Origin: Ophelia neglecta
Taxonomy: Eukaryota
Assembly: GCA_965285935.1 (NCBI GenBank)
Contig: OZ260666.1
Span: 22,754,001-22,818,000, forward strand
Reading direction: 5' to 3'
DNA length: 64,000 bases
The notes below the pieces were generated by a model. The model had not been told where the DNA came from. It worked only from the letters and a program-made list of their open reading frames with translations, and made no database searches. The first letter of the stretch is position 1. Every line of letters begins with the position of its first letter. Shown one piece after another: positions 13,874 to 26,119 of this stretch. A program made the position numbers and the translations under genes.

Positions 13874-14079
13874 ATTGTTTTGGGTGTAAGTAGTATCTTA
13901 CCTACAGCCACAGATTGTTTTGGGTGTAAGTAGTATCTTACCTACAGCCACAGAATGTTTGGGGTGTAAGTAGTATCTTACTTACAGCCACAGAATGTTT
14001 GTGGTGTAAGTAGTATCTTACCTACAGCCACAGAATGTTTGGGGTGTAAGTAGTATCTTACCTACAGCCACAGAATGTT
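13874..14079. repeat. 40-bp tandem repeat, 5 copies
   Basis: ggtgtaagtagtatcttacctacagccacagaatgttt recurs with a 40-bp period (13881, 13921, 13961, 14001, 14041). Confidence 0.95.
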
Positions 14080-15302
14080 CGACGTGGCTTGGCCCTTACG
14101 GTAAATGACCGCCTGTAAAATAAATATGTTAGCTGATTAAATCGATATATCATAAATGATAACACTATAAGGAATGCAACTATAAAGTTTATGAACATAT
14201 GTCTTACAAGCTTATACAAAATGTGGTAAACGTTTGACGCTGTTGTTTTTTCATGCCGGAGGGGAGGGGAGGTGTTTTTGACACATGCTTTCTTATTCTC
14301 TGAGACAAGACTTATATATTTTAGACTAGGTGAAAATCCAAAGTATCAAACATAAGTGGTCTTACACAGAGGGCGTCCGGCTAAGCTGACCATCGCCTGT
14401 CCCATATAAATGACCGATAGAAACCACAGACATGACTGCTGCAAGAAATAAAGAAACTGTAAACGAATATACAATAGGCCTATTAGATATAATAACGACA
14501 ATATAGTGTTTTTATAATGGAGAATTAGTAGACTTATTTATGATTTTATCTTCTATGGGTCATAGTCAGCGGGAGGGTTATTGTCAACTACGTCATTATA
14601 CCAAGCCGTGCATTAATAATGATGTTTGCAAAATTCATCCCATTTTAATGGCGTACCAGTTGAGTACCACCCCCCACCCCCACCCCCTCCTTCGTACAGG
14701 GATGTTACTGATAAATTGAACACTGAAATAAGTCAAAAACTACTGGAAATCAGATGAGACCCCTCAAATACTTTTGAAGGTGAATATTATAATTATGTGT
14801 TCGCTCGTTATTTCTCACTTCCACACCCCTATAGATAGAGATATGGTTATTTAATAAGGTCGAACTATTTCATCTATTAGCACATAGGGTAATATATGAT
14901 ACTTTCTGGTCTCGCTCAATACCGCAAAGACGAGGCTTATTTGGCGAACAATATAGAGACAGTTACCTGACCTTACCGCACTGAGTGCAGCTTCTCAAGC
15001 ATGATCATGTCTTGCTAGTCGACCATTGCCCGTTCAACTGTATATTTTTAAATCTAAACATATTCAACAGAACAGAGTTCATCTGTTTATGACCAGGGCA
15101 CAGGCGTGTCAGTATAGACAATTTTAAAGGCGCTTTATTATTATAAGGGAATGTCGACAAAAACCTTTTTCATATATTTCAACCAAGTGTAGCCTACAGC
15201 TTATTACAATCGTGAAAAACTGGGACAGAATCCCCGTGGATGTGTGTACCTTGTTTGTTGTCCAGATAAGGGTTCCCTTCTGTCAAATGAGTGAGGAACA
15301 TA

Positions 15303-15480
15303 CAGTGAAACCTGTGAATTAAGACCACCAAAGGGACTAGGAAATACTGGTCTGATTTTGGAGGTGGTCCGTTTAGACAGGATATTTAACATCGAAAGTA
15401 AACACCATGGTCCTCATATTAGTGGTCTGAATTGAGAGGTGGTCTGATTTTAAAGGTGGTCTTTAAGGCAGGTTTCACTG
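15303..15480 (-). mobile_element. Tc1/pogo-type MITE (CAGTGAAACCTG family), reverse orientation
   Basis: ta|cagtgaaacctg ... caggtttcactg|ta; reverse complement of 15683-15860. Confidence 0.85.
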
Positions 15481-15682
15481 TAATTTGCTAGAGACTTGTT
15501 CTTGTGATAGATCTAACAAATATACAAAATAATATCCTAGCAAAAGTAACATTCACATTTTGGAGATAACAACCTAATACGCTTCAATGTATTTCTACGC
15601 GTAAACAATTGTGATGCCAAGCAGACGACATTTAGTCCTGAGGCGTACTGTCGTCTGCTGGTAAACGCGTCCCAGTCATATA

Positions 15683-15860
15683 CAGTGAAACCTGCCTTAA
15701 AGACCACCTCTATAATCAGACCACCTTTCAATTCAGACCACTAACATGATGACCATGGTATATACTTTCGATGTTGAATATCCTGTCCAAACAGACTGCC
15801 TCCAAAATCAGACCAGTATTTCCTCATCCCTTTGGTGGTCTTAATTCACAGGTTTCACTG
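15683..15860 (+). mobile_element. Tc1/pogo-type MITE (CAGTGAAACCTG family)
   Basis: ta|cagtgaaacctgcc ... caggtttcactg|ta. Confidence 0.85.
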
Positions 15861-15919
15861 TACGCCATGTGGTTAGAGTCTGTTTCACTATACAGTTTTA
15901 GTAGGCAATATATTTTGTA

Positions 15920-16133
15920 CAATGGCGGATTCAAGGGGGGGGGGCGCTGTCAATGGGGGTAGGGTAGGGCAGCCCCCCCCCCCCCCATGCCAAAATGTGG
16001 GCCCGGACCAGGGCCTATTTCTGGACCTACGCAAGGTGGTTTCAGAGGAATGGTAATAAGGACAATCCAGACTTTTGCCTTGGAAAGTTTGCCCCCCCCC
16101 CCCCCCCCTGCTAAAATCTTGGATCCGCCACTG
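15920..16133. mobile_element. hAT-like MITE (CA(G/A)TGGCGGAT...GGATCCGCCACTG); a related fragment lies at ~431-615
   Basis: Inverted termini with G/C homopolymer interior; TSD not intact. Confidence 0.6.
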
Positions 16134-16170
16134 ATGTACATTCTGATTAATATTCTCTTGCGGTAACTTA

Positions 16171-17284
16171 CAGCCCTTTCATGTCTCATTGAGAAAGCCA
16201 GCAGCTTTCGTTTCTAGCGGGGAATCACGTTGCGAAGTGCATGACCTTTCATTGGCTGAGAGGGGACACACCTCCAAATGCTGGACTCTGATTGGTCAGA
16301 ACAGTGCCTCTCTGATTTAGTGCACATTGTAAACAAGAAGCCGGCGAGCAGACGTTGCTCACAGTTATGAAGCCGTTCAGCGAGGATTTACGATGGCGGA
16401 TTATTTACCATCACCAACTAAACGTTATTACCAAGTAAACTGGTAAAGGTACCGAAAACTAGATCTCAACTGGTATATAACGACGTATAAGGACAATAGC
16501 ATCCCTCATTCCTGAACATTCACGTTAGATTTTTACTCAACAGTCGTATTTATCCGACATACATAGGTAATATGGGTAGAAACATGTGAATAGCCATTAT
16601 CAACTGATCACACTGTAGAGTGACCTAGATAACTAAATGTAGGCTATAAGGAAGCAATGTACCGGTAGGCTTACAGCTTATACTGTACGCTTGTACTATA
16701 CACTTTAGTAGTCTGTGTAATGCAATACTATAATGAATGGCGTCCCCACATCAAAACAAGGACAATCAAAAGTATGTTTACTGAGTTGACAGGTTACACC
16801 TATACCTAGCATGGTATGCATGTGTGTGTGTGTGGGGGGGGGGGGGGGCAAAGTAGAACAGGCTTTGAACATTGACATCTGGCAGCCCTAAACGCAACTG
16901 GAGTGCTGCTTTCACCGAACTCCTTAGAGCATCTAGTGATGCAAAGTCCAATATTTGTTGGTTGGGTGCTCCCCTTGGTCGGTTCTTGTTTGTCAAATCA
17001 ATGTATAATACCGCGTTTCGCAGTAAAACTGGCGGCACAACTGGAATATGTTTAGTATGGTTAGTGGTCAGATGGTTAGCCGTGGTAGTGGCACTTGTCT
17101 CTCCTGTTGCCGCAATCGCCATGTTCGGACATTCACATTGTGCAAGCACAGAGTCTCCGCCAATCAGAGACCAGCATTTGGAGGTGTGTCCCCTTTCAGC
17201 CAATGAAAGGTCATGCACTTCGCGTCGTGATTCCCCGCGAGAAACGAAAGGTGCTGGCATTCTCAATGAGACATAGAAGGGCTG
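16171..17284. mobile_element. 1.1-kb non-autonomous DNA element with ~125-bp terminal inverted repeats and TA flanks
   Basis: ta|cagccctttcatgtctcattgagaa...ctctgattgg (16171-16295) is reverse-complementary to ccaatcagag...tctcaatgagacatagaagggctg|ta (17160-17284). Confidence 0.85.
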
Positions 17285-17329
17285 TAATATAGATACTGAT
17301 ATAAATGGAGGTATGGTATCCTCCAACTA

Positions 17330-17507
17330 CAGGGTAAACTGTGAATTAAGACCAGCAGAGGGGCTGGAAAGAACCGGTTTGATTTCCGAGGTGGTCGGTT
17401 TAGATAGGGTATCTAGCATTGAAAGAATTTATCACGGTCTTCATATCAGTGGTCTGAATTGACAGATGGTCTGATTAGAGAGGCGGTCTTTGAGGCAGGT
17501 TTAACTG
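17330..17507 (-). mobile_element. Tc1/pogo-type MITE (CAGTGAAACCTG family), diverged
   Basis: ta|cagggtaaactgtgaattaagacc ... gcaggtttaactg|ta; colinear with 15303-15480. Confidence 0.75.
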
Positions 17508-19373
17508 TATTCAATTAAACATGTACAATCAAACCAATTTTAATTAGGTTTCATATATTATAGAGTGACATGTCGTTATTTCAATGATTGGCAGAGAAGA
17601 TGTTGTCTTTGACAGGTAAGGCGTTGCCTTATACAGACGAGGTCGGGACAGACTTCACGGTCTATTGCATCGTCCTGGTCACCGAGGCAAGGCAGGTCAC
17701 GGTATCTGACTTCGTTTATTACCTGCATTAATGGTGATATACCTACCAGTCTCACATTGTGAACAATCCCACACATAGGCCAATCGGGCCAAAAAACGCG
17801 ATGCATACGCCTTCAGTAACATCTCACAACTGGTACGTCCCGTGTGTGATTTTAGCCCGTGTGTTTTCTAACTGGTTCTCCACTTATGTACAAGCTACCG
17901 CTAACTAAATACGGATTAATACTGTTAAGTACCTTCTTGAATATTTAAAAGTCGTCATAAAACAAGCTGGTATTTCATCCATTTATTTGGGATATTTTAA
18001 CGGTCATGTATAATCGGATACATTGCCACAGGCACACTGATTTATTTGATTGCCTTAAACCCCTGTAAATGAAAAGCATGGGGGACACAAATAGAGCTAA
18101 ACCAAAAATGAACCTCCTAGAAGTATCTCAGATTAACTACAAAGGATTCCTAAAAATCCTCTCAATGTTTGAATTGTTTTTATTATAACTAATATTTCAA
18201 TCCATGTAAACAATAAAATGAAATAAAATAAAAGTGATGGCGCGCTTACCTTTAACGTTATGTCGGTTCTGTAAGGAAACTTCTTAGAATGAAGAGAATA
18301 TCATTGGTGCGCATGCTCAGACGGAAAGGACATAGTTCTCGGCACGCACTATGTCCTACTATGTTATAATAACCAACACAATTCACGCTAAGATCAGTGT
18401 ATTTTACTTATAAAACACGCTACCATATATTGTATAAACGCTTCTAGCTAGACTGTTGTGGTTGTAGGAGCGCCAGGGAGCATCCCGAGCTCTCCTGTGT
18501 AAGTTGAAATAAAGCTATCCCGACAGAATTTTTTTTTAAAAACACGCGAATTTGAATATTCCTTTATTCCCATTGCATTACTATCGCAGAATCGAAGAAT
18601 TGAGGACTTAAAACGAGATAAAAGTCCCTTTGCCTAATAACTAATTACAGTATATATAAGAAACGTGTGATACTTATTAACTATGAATACCTAGTATAAA
18701 GACAATGGATGGGCTATGTTCTTGTTTGAATTAAAACACTCATAATTAAGAACAATAAATGTGATAAAAAGTACGTATTCAAATTATATATAAAATGCAT
18801 CATATCAATTTGATAAATAACATTTGTTTCTTCTATTTTAGAAAAATGTAATGTGCTGTTTCAAAAGACGAACAGCATTATTAGAATTAACATATTAAAT
18901 TAGTATTTATATGAAGCTGTGTATTACTATGTAAGAAGATAAGTTAGAGCTATGTTAATAAAGAGCGTATTATAATGTGGAAATAACGGCAGTCGAAATG
19001 ATTTAATTGTCAGTTTATTGAATCGTGATACGATGAAGGCAGAGCCTGGTATCGAGCCTAGCTATAACAAATATTGGTAATAAAGAGGAGTATTCTATAA
19101 TATATATCACGGAATATATATTCTTCGGCAGATCTGATTGACAATGTGTACAGATCTATAGCTGACCTCAATGAAACCTTGCTCTCTGGCAGCCATTTTG
19201 CTGATATATAGGACCATCTGATAACATTTCTTATATTACAGGCTGATTAAACGAGATCACCATTGCTTGATAATATAAAACGTCGGAATTATCTACAAAA
19301 AGACATGGACTCTTTCAATCAAAAGATGAGCTCTTCTAACTGGCCGCCAATTTTTAAATTTTATTTACCAGAA

Positions 19374-20520
19374 AAAATGGGTTGGGTTGGAATGTAATAA
19401 GAATGGGTAAGGTTGGAATGTAATAAGAATGGGTGGAGTTGGAATGCAATAAAAATGGGTGGGGTTGGAATGCAATAAAAATGGGTGGGGTTGGAATGTA
19501 ATAAGAATAGGTGGGGTTGGAATGCAATAAAAATGGGTGGGGTTGGAATTCAATAAAAATGGGTGGGGTTGGAATGCAATAAAAATGGGTGGGGTTGGAA
19601 TGCAATAAAAATGGGTGGGGTTGGAATGCAATAAGAATGGGTGGGGTTGGAATGCCATAAAAATGGGTGGGGTTGGAATGCAATAAAAATGGGTGGGGTT
19701 GGAATGCAATAAAAATGGGTGGGGTTGGAATGCAATAAAAATGGGTGGGGTTGGAATGTAATAAGAATGGGTGGGGTTGGAATGTAATAAGAATAGGTGG
19801 GGTTGGAATGCAAAAAAAATGGGGGGGGGTTGGAATGTAATAAGAATGGGTGGGGTTGGAATGCAATAAAAATGGGGGGGGGTTGGAATGTAATAAGAAT
19901 GGGTGGGGTTGGAATGTAATAAGAATGGGTGGGGTTGGAATGCAATAAAAATGGGTGGGGTTGGAATGTAACAAGAATGGGTGGGGTTGGAATGCAATAA
20001 AAATGGGTGGGGTTGGAATGCAATAAAAATGGGTGGGGTTGGAATGCAATAAAAATGGGTGGGGTTGGAATGCAATAAGAATGGGTGGGGTTGGAATGTA
20101 ACAAGAATGGGTGGGGTTGGAATGCAATAAAAATGGGTGGGGTTGGAATGCAATAAAAATGGGTGGGGTTGGAATGCAATAAAAATGGGTGGGGTTGGAA
20201 TGCAATAAGAATGGGTGGGGTTGGAATGTAACAAGAATGGGTGGGGTTGGAATGCAATAAAAATGGGTGGGGTTGGAATGCAATAAAAATGGGTGGGGTT
20301 GGAATGCAATAAAAATGGGTGGGGTTGGAATGCAATAAGAATGGGTGGGGTTGGAATGTAATAAGAATAAGTGGGGTTGGAATGCAATAAAAATGGAGGG
20401 GTTGGAATGTAATAAGAATGGGTGGGGTTGGAATGTAATAAGAATGGGTTGGGTTGGAATGCCATAAAAATGGGTGGGGTTTGACTGTAATAAGAATGGG
20501 TGGGATTGGAAGGTAAAAAG
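19374..20520. repeat. 26-bp G-rich minisatellite (GGGTGGGGTTGGAATGCAATAAAAAT), ~44 units
   Basis: The period is visible directly and explains the 26-aa periodic minus-strand ORFs. Confidence 0.97.
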
Positions 20521-21933
20521 GATGGGTGGGTTGCAAGGTATGGAGAGGCTATTTAAATAATATCCAAAACAGGAGCAATGATAGAGGTTCGGATAATAAT
20601 AAAAGGTACCAAACAATCTCCCTAGGGCGCTCACCAAACTTGAATCTCCGAATAGGCACCTTCATGGAATCAATCCAGATACTAAATTATACATTTAGCT
20701 TCCCTAGATACCATAACAACCTTTAACGACCAGTTTACAATATACAGCTTTGATAAGGACGATAAAAGCTACATATTTCAGTAATGTAGCCCTGTTAACA
20801 AACCTCTCAAGGAAGACATCAAGGGAAGTCGTTTTAATAAAAGAATTGTAAAGGCTTATTAATTATTAACAGCTAAGGCATGTCTATACTAAGAGTAATA
20901 TCACATTAGAGGGAAGATTACTGAACATCTGTTTGCAATGTAAGTGGTCAGTACACGCTCTATGTTGACCATAAAATGACATACTGTATGTTACATTATA
21001 CATTCATGAAAGTTAATGTGTGTAAACACACACTCTAATGGTCTCGTCACTTTGTCTGAGTAACTTTCGCCGAAATACAATTTGTTAATTAACCAAATTA
21101 GGGCTACTTCTGGATACATGGAGCAGGTGCATGCGTTTCATTAGGGAAGTTAAGACAAAATTTCTGAGTGTGAACCACATGGCTTGATGGGTAAATTGTC
21201 TGTATGGGAGCACGCCTAGTATAGCCGTATATATGTATACATCTTAACTTCCCTACCGAAGATTGGCCTGAAGGATTGCTCATGCGTATTTATTAGAGAC
21301 GTTGTTAAGGCTGGTTGTATTATAGGCATAGTTCGCTCAGTGGTGTCGTCGAGTTACTCAAGAAAGCGCATTAAGTGATTCTAGAAACGTAAGAAATGTA
21401 TACGTCAAACAATAAAATGACTTTATCTCTTTTCATCATTTTTGGATGGATCCCGGGAACTTCAGGAGAAGGTATTATTGTCTAATACAAATCTAAAAGC
21501 TCTAGTTTACTCACTTATATATATCCTGGAGGGGTGGTTTCCGCTAGCATTTCGGTTTTCAGCTTGTTTTCTTGATCGCCTTCTTAGTGTTTATTTATGC
21601 AAATTCTTTTATATATATTGTTTGCCTAAAATACATATCGACTCCTGGATATCAAATCGAATTCAAATATATGATATTATTGGTACACATTTGGTTTTCA
21701 TTGTAAGCCTGTATGCTAGGTTTCTATGGTGACAGACTTTCAGAACGTTGTAAGGCAACGTCACGTATATAAGACTTAATAAAGTAGATTGTGCAAAAAG
21801 GGTGGGCGACAACTCGACCATTATATAAGTTACTTCAATTGATTTGATCAAAACGGTTTTTATAATAAATGAATGGCCGGTTTATCTTGCATTTTTGAGT
21901 ATTGGTTTCTCTATAACTAAAATGTAGTCCACA

Positions 21934-22355
21934 TTATCATATACCTAACAAGTATCCTAGTCACTGATTGGTCAGTCACCTGAACCATATAAACTTGTAT
22001 TGTTCAGACGGAATCCAGTATTACTCAGTTCCTGGGGAATACCTTAAAGGTTGGAGGGGAATCCCCTAAATGACGTCATAGCAGCCTCGTTTTTCGATCT
22101 AGGTCATCACCTGATTCCGGAATGCACAAGGCAAGAGTCGGTGTAGTTCAATACATTTTTCCTACTGTCCGAAAGAAGGAATTTGTCAACTTGTTAGGTA
22201 TATGATAAAACCGTAACGCCATGCTTGAACGTTGAATACGGTGTGGTACGCCAACCTAGCAACCTGTATGCCCTTCAGCCTTCGGCTTCAGGGCATACAA
22301 ATTGCTAGGTTGGCGTACCACACCGTATTCAACGTTCAAGCATGGCGTAACTGAT
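21934..22355. mobile_element. Non-autonomous element with an asymmetric 20-bp inverted repeat and a terminal 133-bp hairpin (Crypton- or Helentron-like layout)
   Basis: ttatcatatacctaacaagt (21934-21953) is inverted at 22189-22208; near-perfect hairpin 22216-22348 centred on gccttcggc. Family assignment is inference. Confidence 0.6.
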
Positions 22356-22550
22356 AGTATGAACATCTATTCTCTTCCCAATTGCAAGGTATTTTCTATT
22401 TTGTCTTAATCATTTTGAAACATTGCTTCGCAGTAAGGTTTCTTTCTTGCTAATTGCATCTTCTTTTTTCTTTATTGTTTTTTTATCGTTGTAGTCTCTT
22501 CACTTCTTTATTTAAAGTTGATAAAAAGGTGGTTGAACTAAGTAACTGTC

Positions 22551-22660
22551 TAATAAGACATCCAGCCCCGTGCTCCGCTAATAAGTCATCCAGGCCCGTG
22601 CTCCGCTAATAAGACATCCAGGCCCGTGCTCCGCTAATAAGACATCCAGCCCCGTGCTCT
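22551..22660. repeat. 28-bp tandem repeat, 4 copies
   Basis: taataagacatccag(c/g)cccgtgctccgc repeated four times. Confidence 0.9.
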
Positions 22661-23388
22661 ACGTACTTATAAGTGATTTAATTACGTCACCGAGTGTGTC
22701 GTGTGTGGACGTTTCTATCAAATCCAGGACAACAACATTTCTTTTAAGAAAATCTGACGGTGTACAATTCCACAGTGTCTAGAAATTCTAACATTTTTTG
22801 ATATCGTGAGGACAATGGACGATATCAGTTATTTTATAATCGAACACTAACCCTTTCATCCCGGTTTGGTATTCGTTGTTTCAAATGATTTGCATTGCAT
22901 TCAACGAAAATGGATAAAATGAAAAAATATCCATTTGTTACTTAATGATATAATTTGTTTAAAATAATTTGACAACTAATTGATATTGTGGTGGTTTGAA
23001 CAATGATGGTTTTATAGATAAATCAGGTTTTGATACAGTTCCACATTGCCAGTGGCGATTGTATTGGAATAAATCAACAATGCAGACATAACACTGGGAT
23101 CACAGTGGTTGATTGATTGATTTGATTTGATTCAGAAAAAGTAAATAGACGGTGTACAAAATACAATGTATATCACAGAAGACAATAAATATATAGCACC
23201 ATCACATTTCCCAATTTCCTGAAAAGGAAGCATAAAAAGTTCTGCAGATGAGAACTTATTTTCATTATGGCCCTTGACTAGAGAGTGGATGACGATACAT
23301 AGCACCACAAAATAATAGCAACGAGTGACACATATCCATTTGGTTACATTTATAGCCTAATATGGAAAAAATACCGGACTAGAAATTA

Positions 23389-23552
23389 CAATGTGGTTCC
23401 GGTAATGAAGGGACACCCTCCGACCACAGGACAATTTTCAATGCCCTTGTCCTATCTTTCCTATGTTAATGTTCCTCTGATGAAGGGACACCTGTCTTGT
23501 AAGGACACATTTGCATGGATGTAGAGGTGTCCCTACATCGCAGGGACCACTG
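23389..23552. mobile_element. Tc1/pogo-type MITE (AGGGACACC-motif family)
   Basis: ta|caatgtggttcc...gaagggacacc ... ggtgtccct...gggaccactg|ta. Confidence 0.6.
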
Positions 23553-23824
23553 TATATAGAAATTGGGCCACATTTAAAAAATGAGGTTTTGGGACTGACT
23601 GCCAAGAATTTAATTCGACCCTAATATTTTGGGCGTTGCTTCCGTTTCATGTGCTGTAACAAGACGATCAGACTGAAGGCAAGAACAATAAACCTGTAGT
23701 TAAACAAATCGCATCGTTGGTCTTAAAATTTTAATTTGATGAACATGTCGCTGAAGCAAATATTCATTTCAACCGAAGGTTTCATTCAAACATTAGCTAT
23801 AAGAAGTTACACCATTGTTTTCAG

Positions 23825-24084
23825 CTGCAGATGCGGTACCCGAGAAGCAAGTCGTGTACCGGTCAAATTGGGGAGTGAATTCATGGTCCAAATCCCTCTT
23901 ATCAACGAGGAGGAGTAGTTCTCGAGTCGACTGTGTCACACAGTGTACCTTGGCGGATTGTGTACATTACCATTACGACCGAGATGACCAAACCTGTTTT
24001 TTGTTTTCGGACGGAAAACAAACTGGCATTGCTGGGAACACTTCGTCGGTTTTCTCAAAGGAAAGATGCTCATCAAACAGCAAG
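23825..24084 (+). CDS. Internal exon encoding a PAN/apple-like domain of a fibrinogen-related protein
   Basis: Acceptor tgttttcag (23824; alternative ag at 23830) and donor AAG|gtaaat. Peptide SSSRVDCVTQCTLADCVHYHYDRDDQTCFLF has the PAN C-x3-C...C...C pattern. Phase 0 join to the next exon. Signal-peptide exon not found. Confidence 0.7.
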
Positions 24085-24403
24085 GTAAATGATACAATAA
24101 CAACAATAGGCTGATTTTATAACCTATGAATCCCTGTATTAACTGACCTGCCTATTAAGGTCACCTACATAATGTGGTCAGTTTTTTCCAGTCCCATGAC
24201 TAACCTGATTAGACAAGTTCCACTGTAATAATTCAGACCATCTGTAAATGTTTGCATCTTTTATCATTCACCGTTAATATATGAACGTGTACTTCAGGCT
24301 CCTGTGTTTTGCCTATTGGAGCTCCATTGCCGAATCTAGGCTCGCTACTGACTCTATATTATTCAAACATTGTATATTGACTTATTGAAGAATTCCGTTT
24401 CAG

Positions 24404-24958
24404 ACATGGACTAGCCTATTTGATGGTGGATGGCGAATTGTCGTTCGCCGCCTGGACGGATCTGTGGACTTCAACCGATCATGGGCGGACTACCGCGCTG
24501 GATTTGGGGACCCGTGTGGGGAGTTCTGGCTGGGACTACAAGCTCTTCACACACTGACCTCAAGCCGGCCGCACAAGCTCCGTGTTGAGATGACAGCTTG
24601 GAATGCTACCGAGTATTTCTCCGAATACTCCTCCTTTTCCGTGGGATCGGAGTCTTCCGACTACACCCTTAGCGTGTCCGGCTACCAAAACTACTCGACA
24701 GCCGGGAACAGTCTAACAACGGGACATACTAACATGAAGTTTTCCACATACGACAAAGACAACGACCTCGGTTCTACTGGTTCTTGTGCTGTAAATACTG
24801 GAGGCGGATGGTGGTTTCATTCTTGTCTCTTTGCAAATCCAAACGGCAGACATTACCCAAGTATGGGCTGGCATGCTGGTAACGGAATTGTCTGGCACAC
24901 CACTTTTAATAATTGGTACACCTTTAAACACATGGTACTGAAAATACAACCCATTTGA
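24404..24958 (+). CDS. Terminal exon encoding a fibrinogen C-terminal (FBG/FReD) domain, ficolin/tachylectin-5-like
   Basis: Acceptor ttccgtttcag. Translation GGWRIVVRRLDGSVDFNRSWADYRAGFGDPCGEFWLGL...MKFSTYDKDND...CA...GGWWFHSC...NPNG...GIVW contains the diagnostic FBG motifs. Confidence 0.92.
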   Translation, partial: TWTSLFDGGWRIVVRRLDGSVDFNRSWADYRAGFGDPCGEFWLGLQALHTLTSSRPHKLRVEMTAWNATEYFSEYSSFSVGSESSDYTLSVSGYQNYSTAGNSLTTGHTNMKFSTYDKDNDLGSTGSCAVNTGGGWWFHSCLFANPNGRHYPSMGWHAGNGIVWHTTFNNWYTFKHMVLKIQPI

Positions 24959-25764
24959 TTGACGTTAAGACTGACTCATCCTATAAGAGAGCAAACTGAA
25001 TTCTTGCTTAACTATTACACTATACTACTCCTTTATGAATCCTTACATAATCTTTGGTATTGAAGTCTTGGGCACGGCTGGTGATTTTATAGTATTTTCT
25101 ATTTTTAACTTGGTGTTAGAACTCAAAGCTCGTGATCATATTATCTGCATAGTTGGCGTTTGTTTGCCAAACTAACGATTCTTCCAAAGCTGAAGATAAA
25201 TATATTTAGTCTATTAGATTACTAATATGTTAATTAAATAACAACAAATTGTCCTAGAGTATGAATGATTTATTAACCCTTAAAACCAATGTTGACACAT
25301 ATAACACCACCAGTCTTATTTCTAAAACTGCTTATAGTAAGTAAACAAAAATAAAAGATGTATATTACCAAGTCTTAAAGACTTGTTTCATGATATTCTT
25401 GTTACTGATATTTCTGATCACTAGGCTTTCTATAGTTTGAAATTGAACCTGTTCGGGAGCTGTTACCAGGCGCGGTCAAATCCGATATATGTGTGAAAAA
25501 ATATTAATATATTTAAACCTAACACCCCAGTCACACCATTGATATGTATAATCCATAGATACGCAGCTGCCATTAGTTCCATGATAAGGCCTTAGCCTCG
25601 CTCTAGCAGTTTGGAAAATTTCCGCCAGATTTCGCCTCTTGTATCCAAACCACACTAATATCCGCAAATATCGCGAGATTCTAAACGTTATCGTCAAAGG
25701 CAGCCATCTTGCAAATTGTTCATTGTGTTTACTTTCACGCTAACGATCGATATATTCTGTTATA

Positions 25765-26115
25765 ATGGCACGAAATAGGCAAGCGAATAAGACGGATTAT
25801 ATAAACTGGGACCAGATAATTCTGACGGAGACTGAGATAGATACGGACAATATTGAATCGGAGCGGGAATTGGATGTAGAATGCTTGTCAGGCGATGAGA
25901 TTATGGACACAGTGAGTGTACAATCTGCTATCCAGGCAGACCCAGAACTTGAAGAAGAAAATGCCCCCCCTAGCTAAAAAAAACGAAAGTTAAAAACAGA
26001 GCCGTCGAAGCCTAAGCAGAACACTTACAAATTTCCAGAATGCAACAAAGTTTTAAAAACTGTTACTGGATTCAGGGGCCATGTAGACCGTCAGCACAGT
26101 AAACCACATATCATT
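25765..26115 (+). pseudogene. Decayed ORF: acidic N-terminus, basic NLS-like stretch and a degenerate C2H2 zinc finger, probably transposon-derived
   Basis: Reading through the TAA at 25975 gives KKRKLKTEPSKPKQNTYKFPECNKVLKTVTGFRGHVDRQH (first Cys replaced by Phe). Truncated by the Harbinger insertion. Confidence 0.5.
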
Positions 26116-26119
26116 CTCT

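Noticed and set aside
13874-14079. Regular 28-40-bp repeats (also 10189 and 22551) as possible CRISPR arrays
   Set aside because: Head-to-tail repeats with no unique spacers, no cas genes and a eukaryotic context.
16778-17326. 182-aa and 134-aa overlapping ORFs
   Set aside because: They run through a TIR and a microsatellite/homopolymer, with no recognisable domain.
17576-18300. Possible small minus-strand gene (Cys-containing 76-aa ORF, donor-like site at ~18250)
   Set aside because: No recognisable motif and no convincing acceptor; cannot be supported without transcripts.
19354-20637. ORFs of 328-427 aa (FQPHPFLLHSNPTH...)
   Set aside because: Artefacts of the 26-bp satellite, open in all three minus frames.
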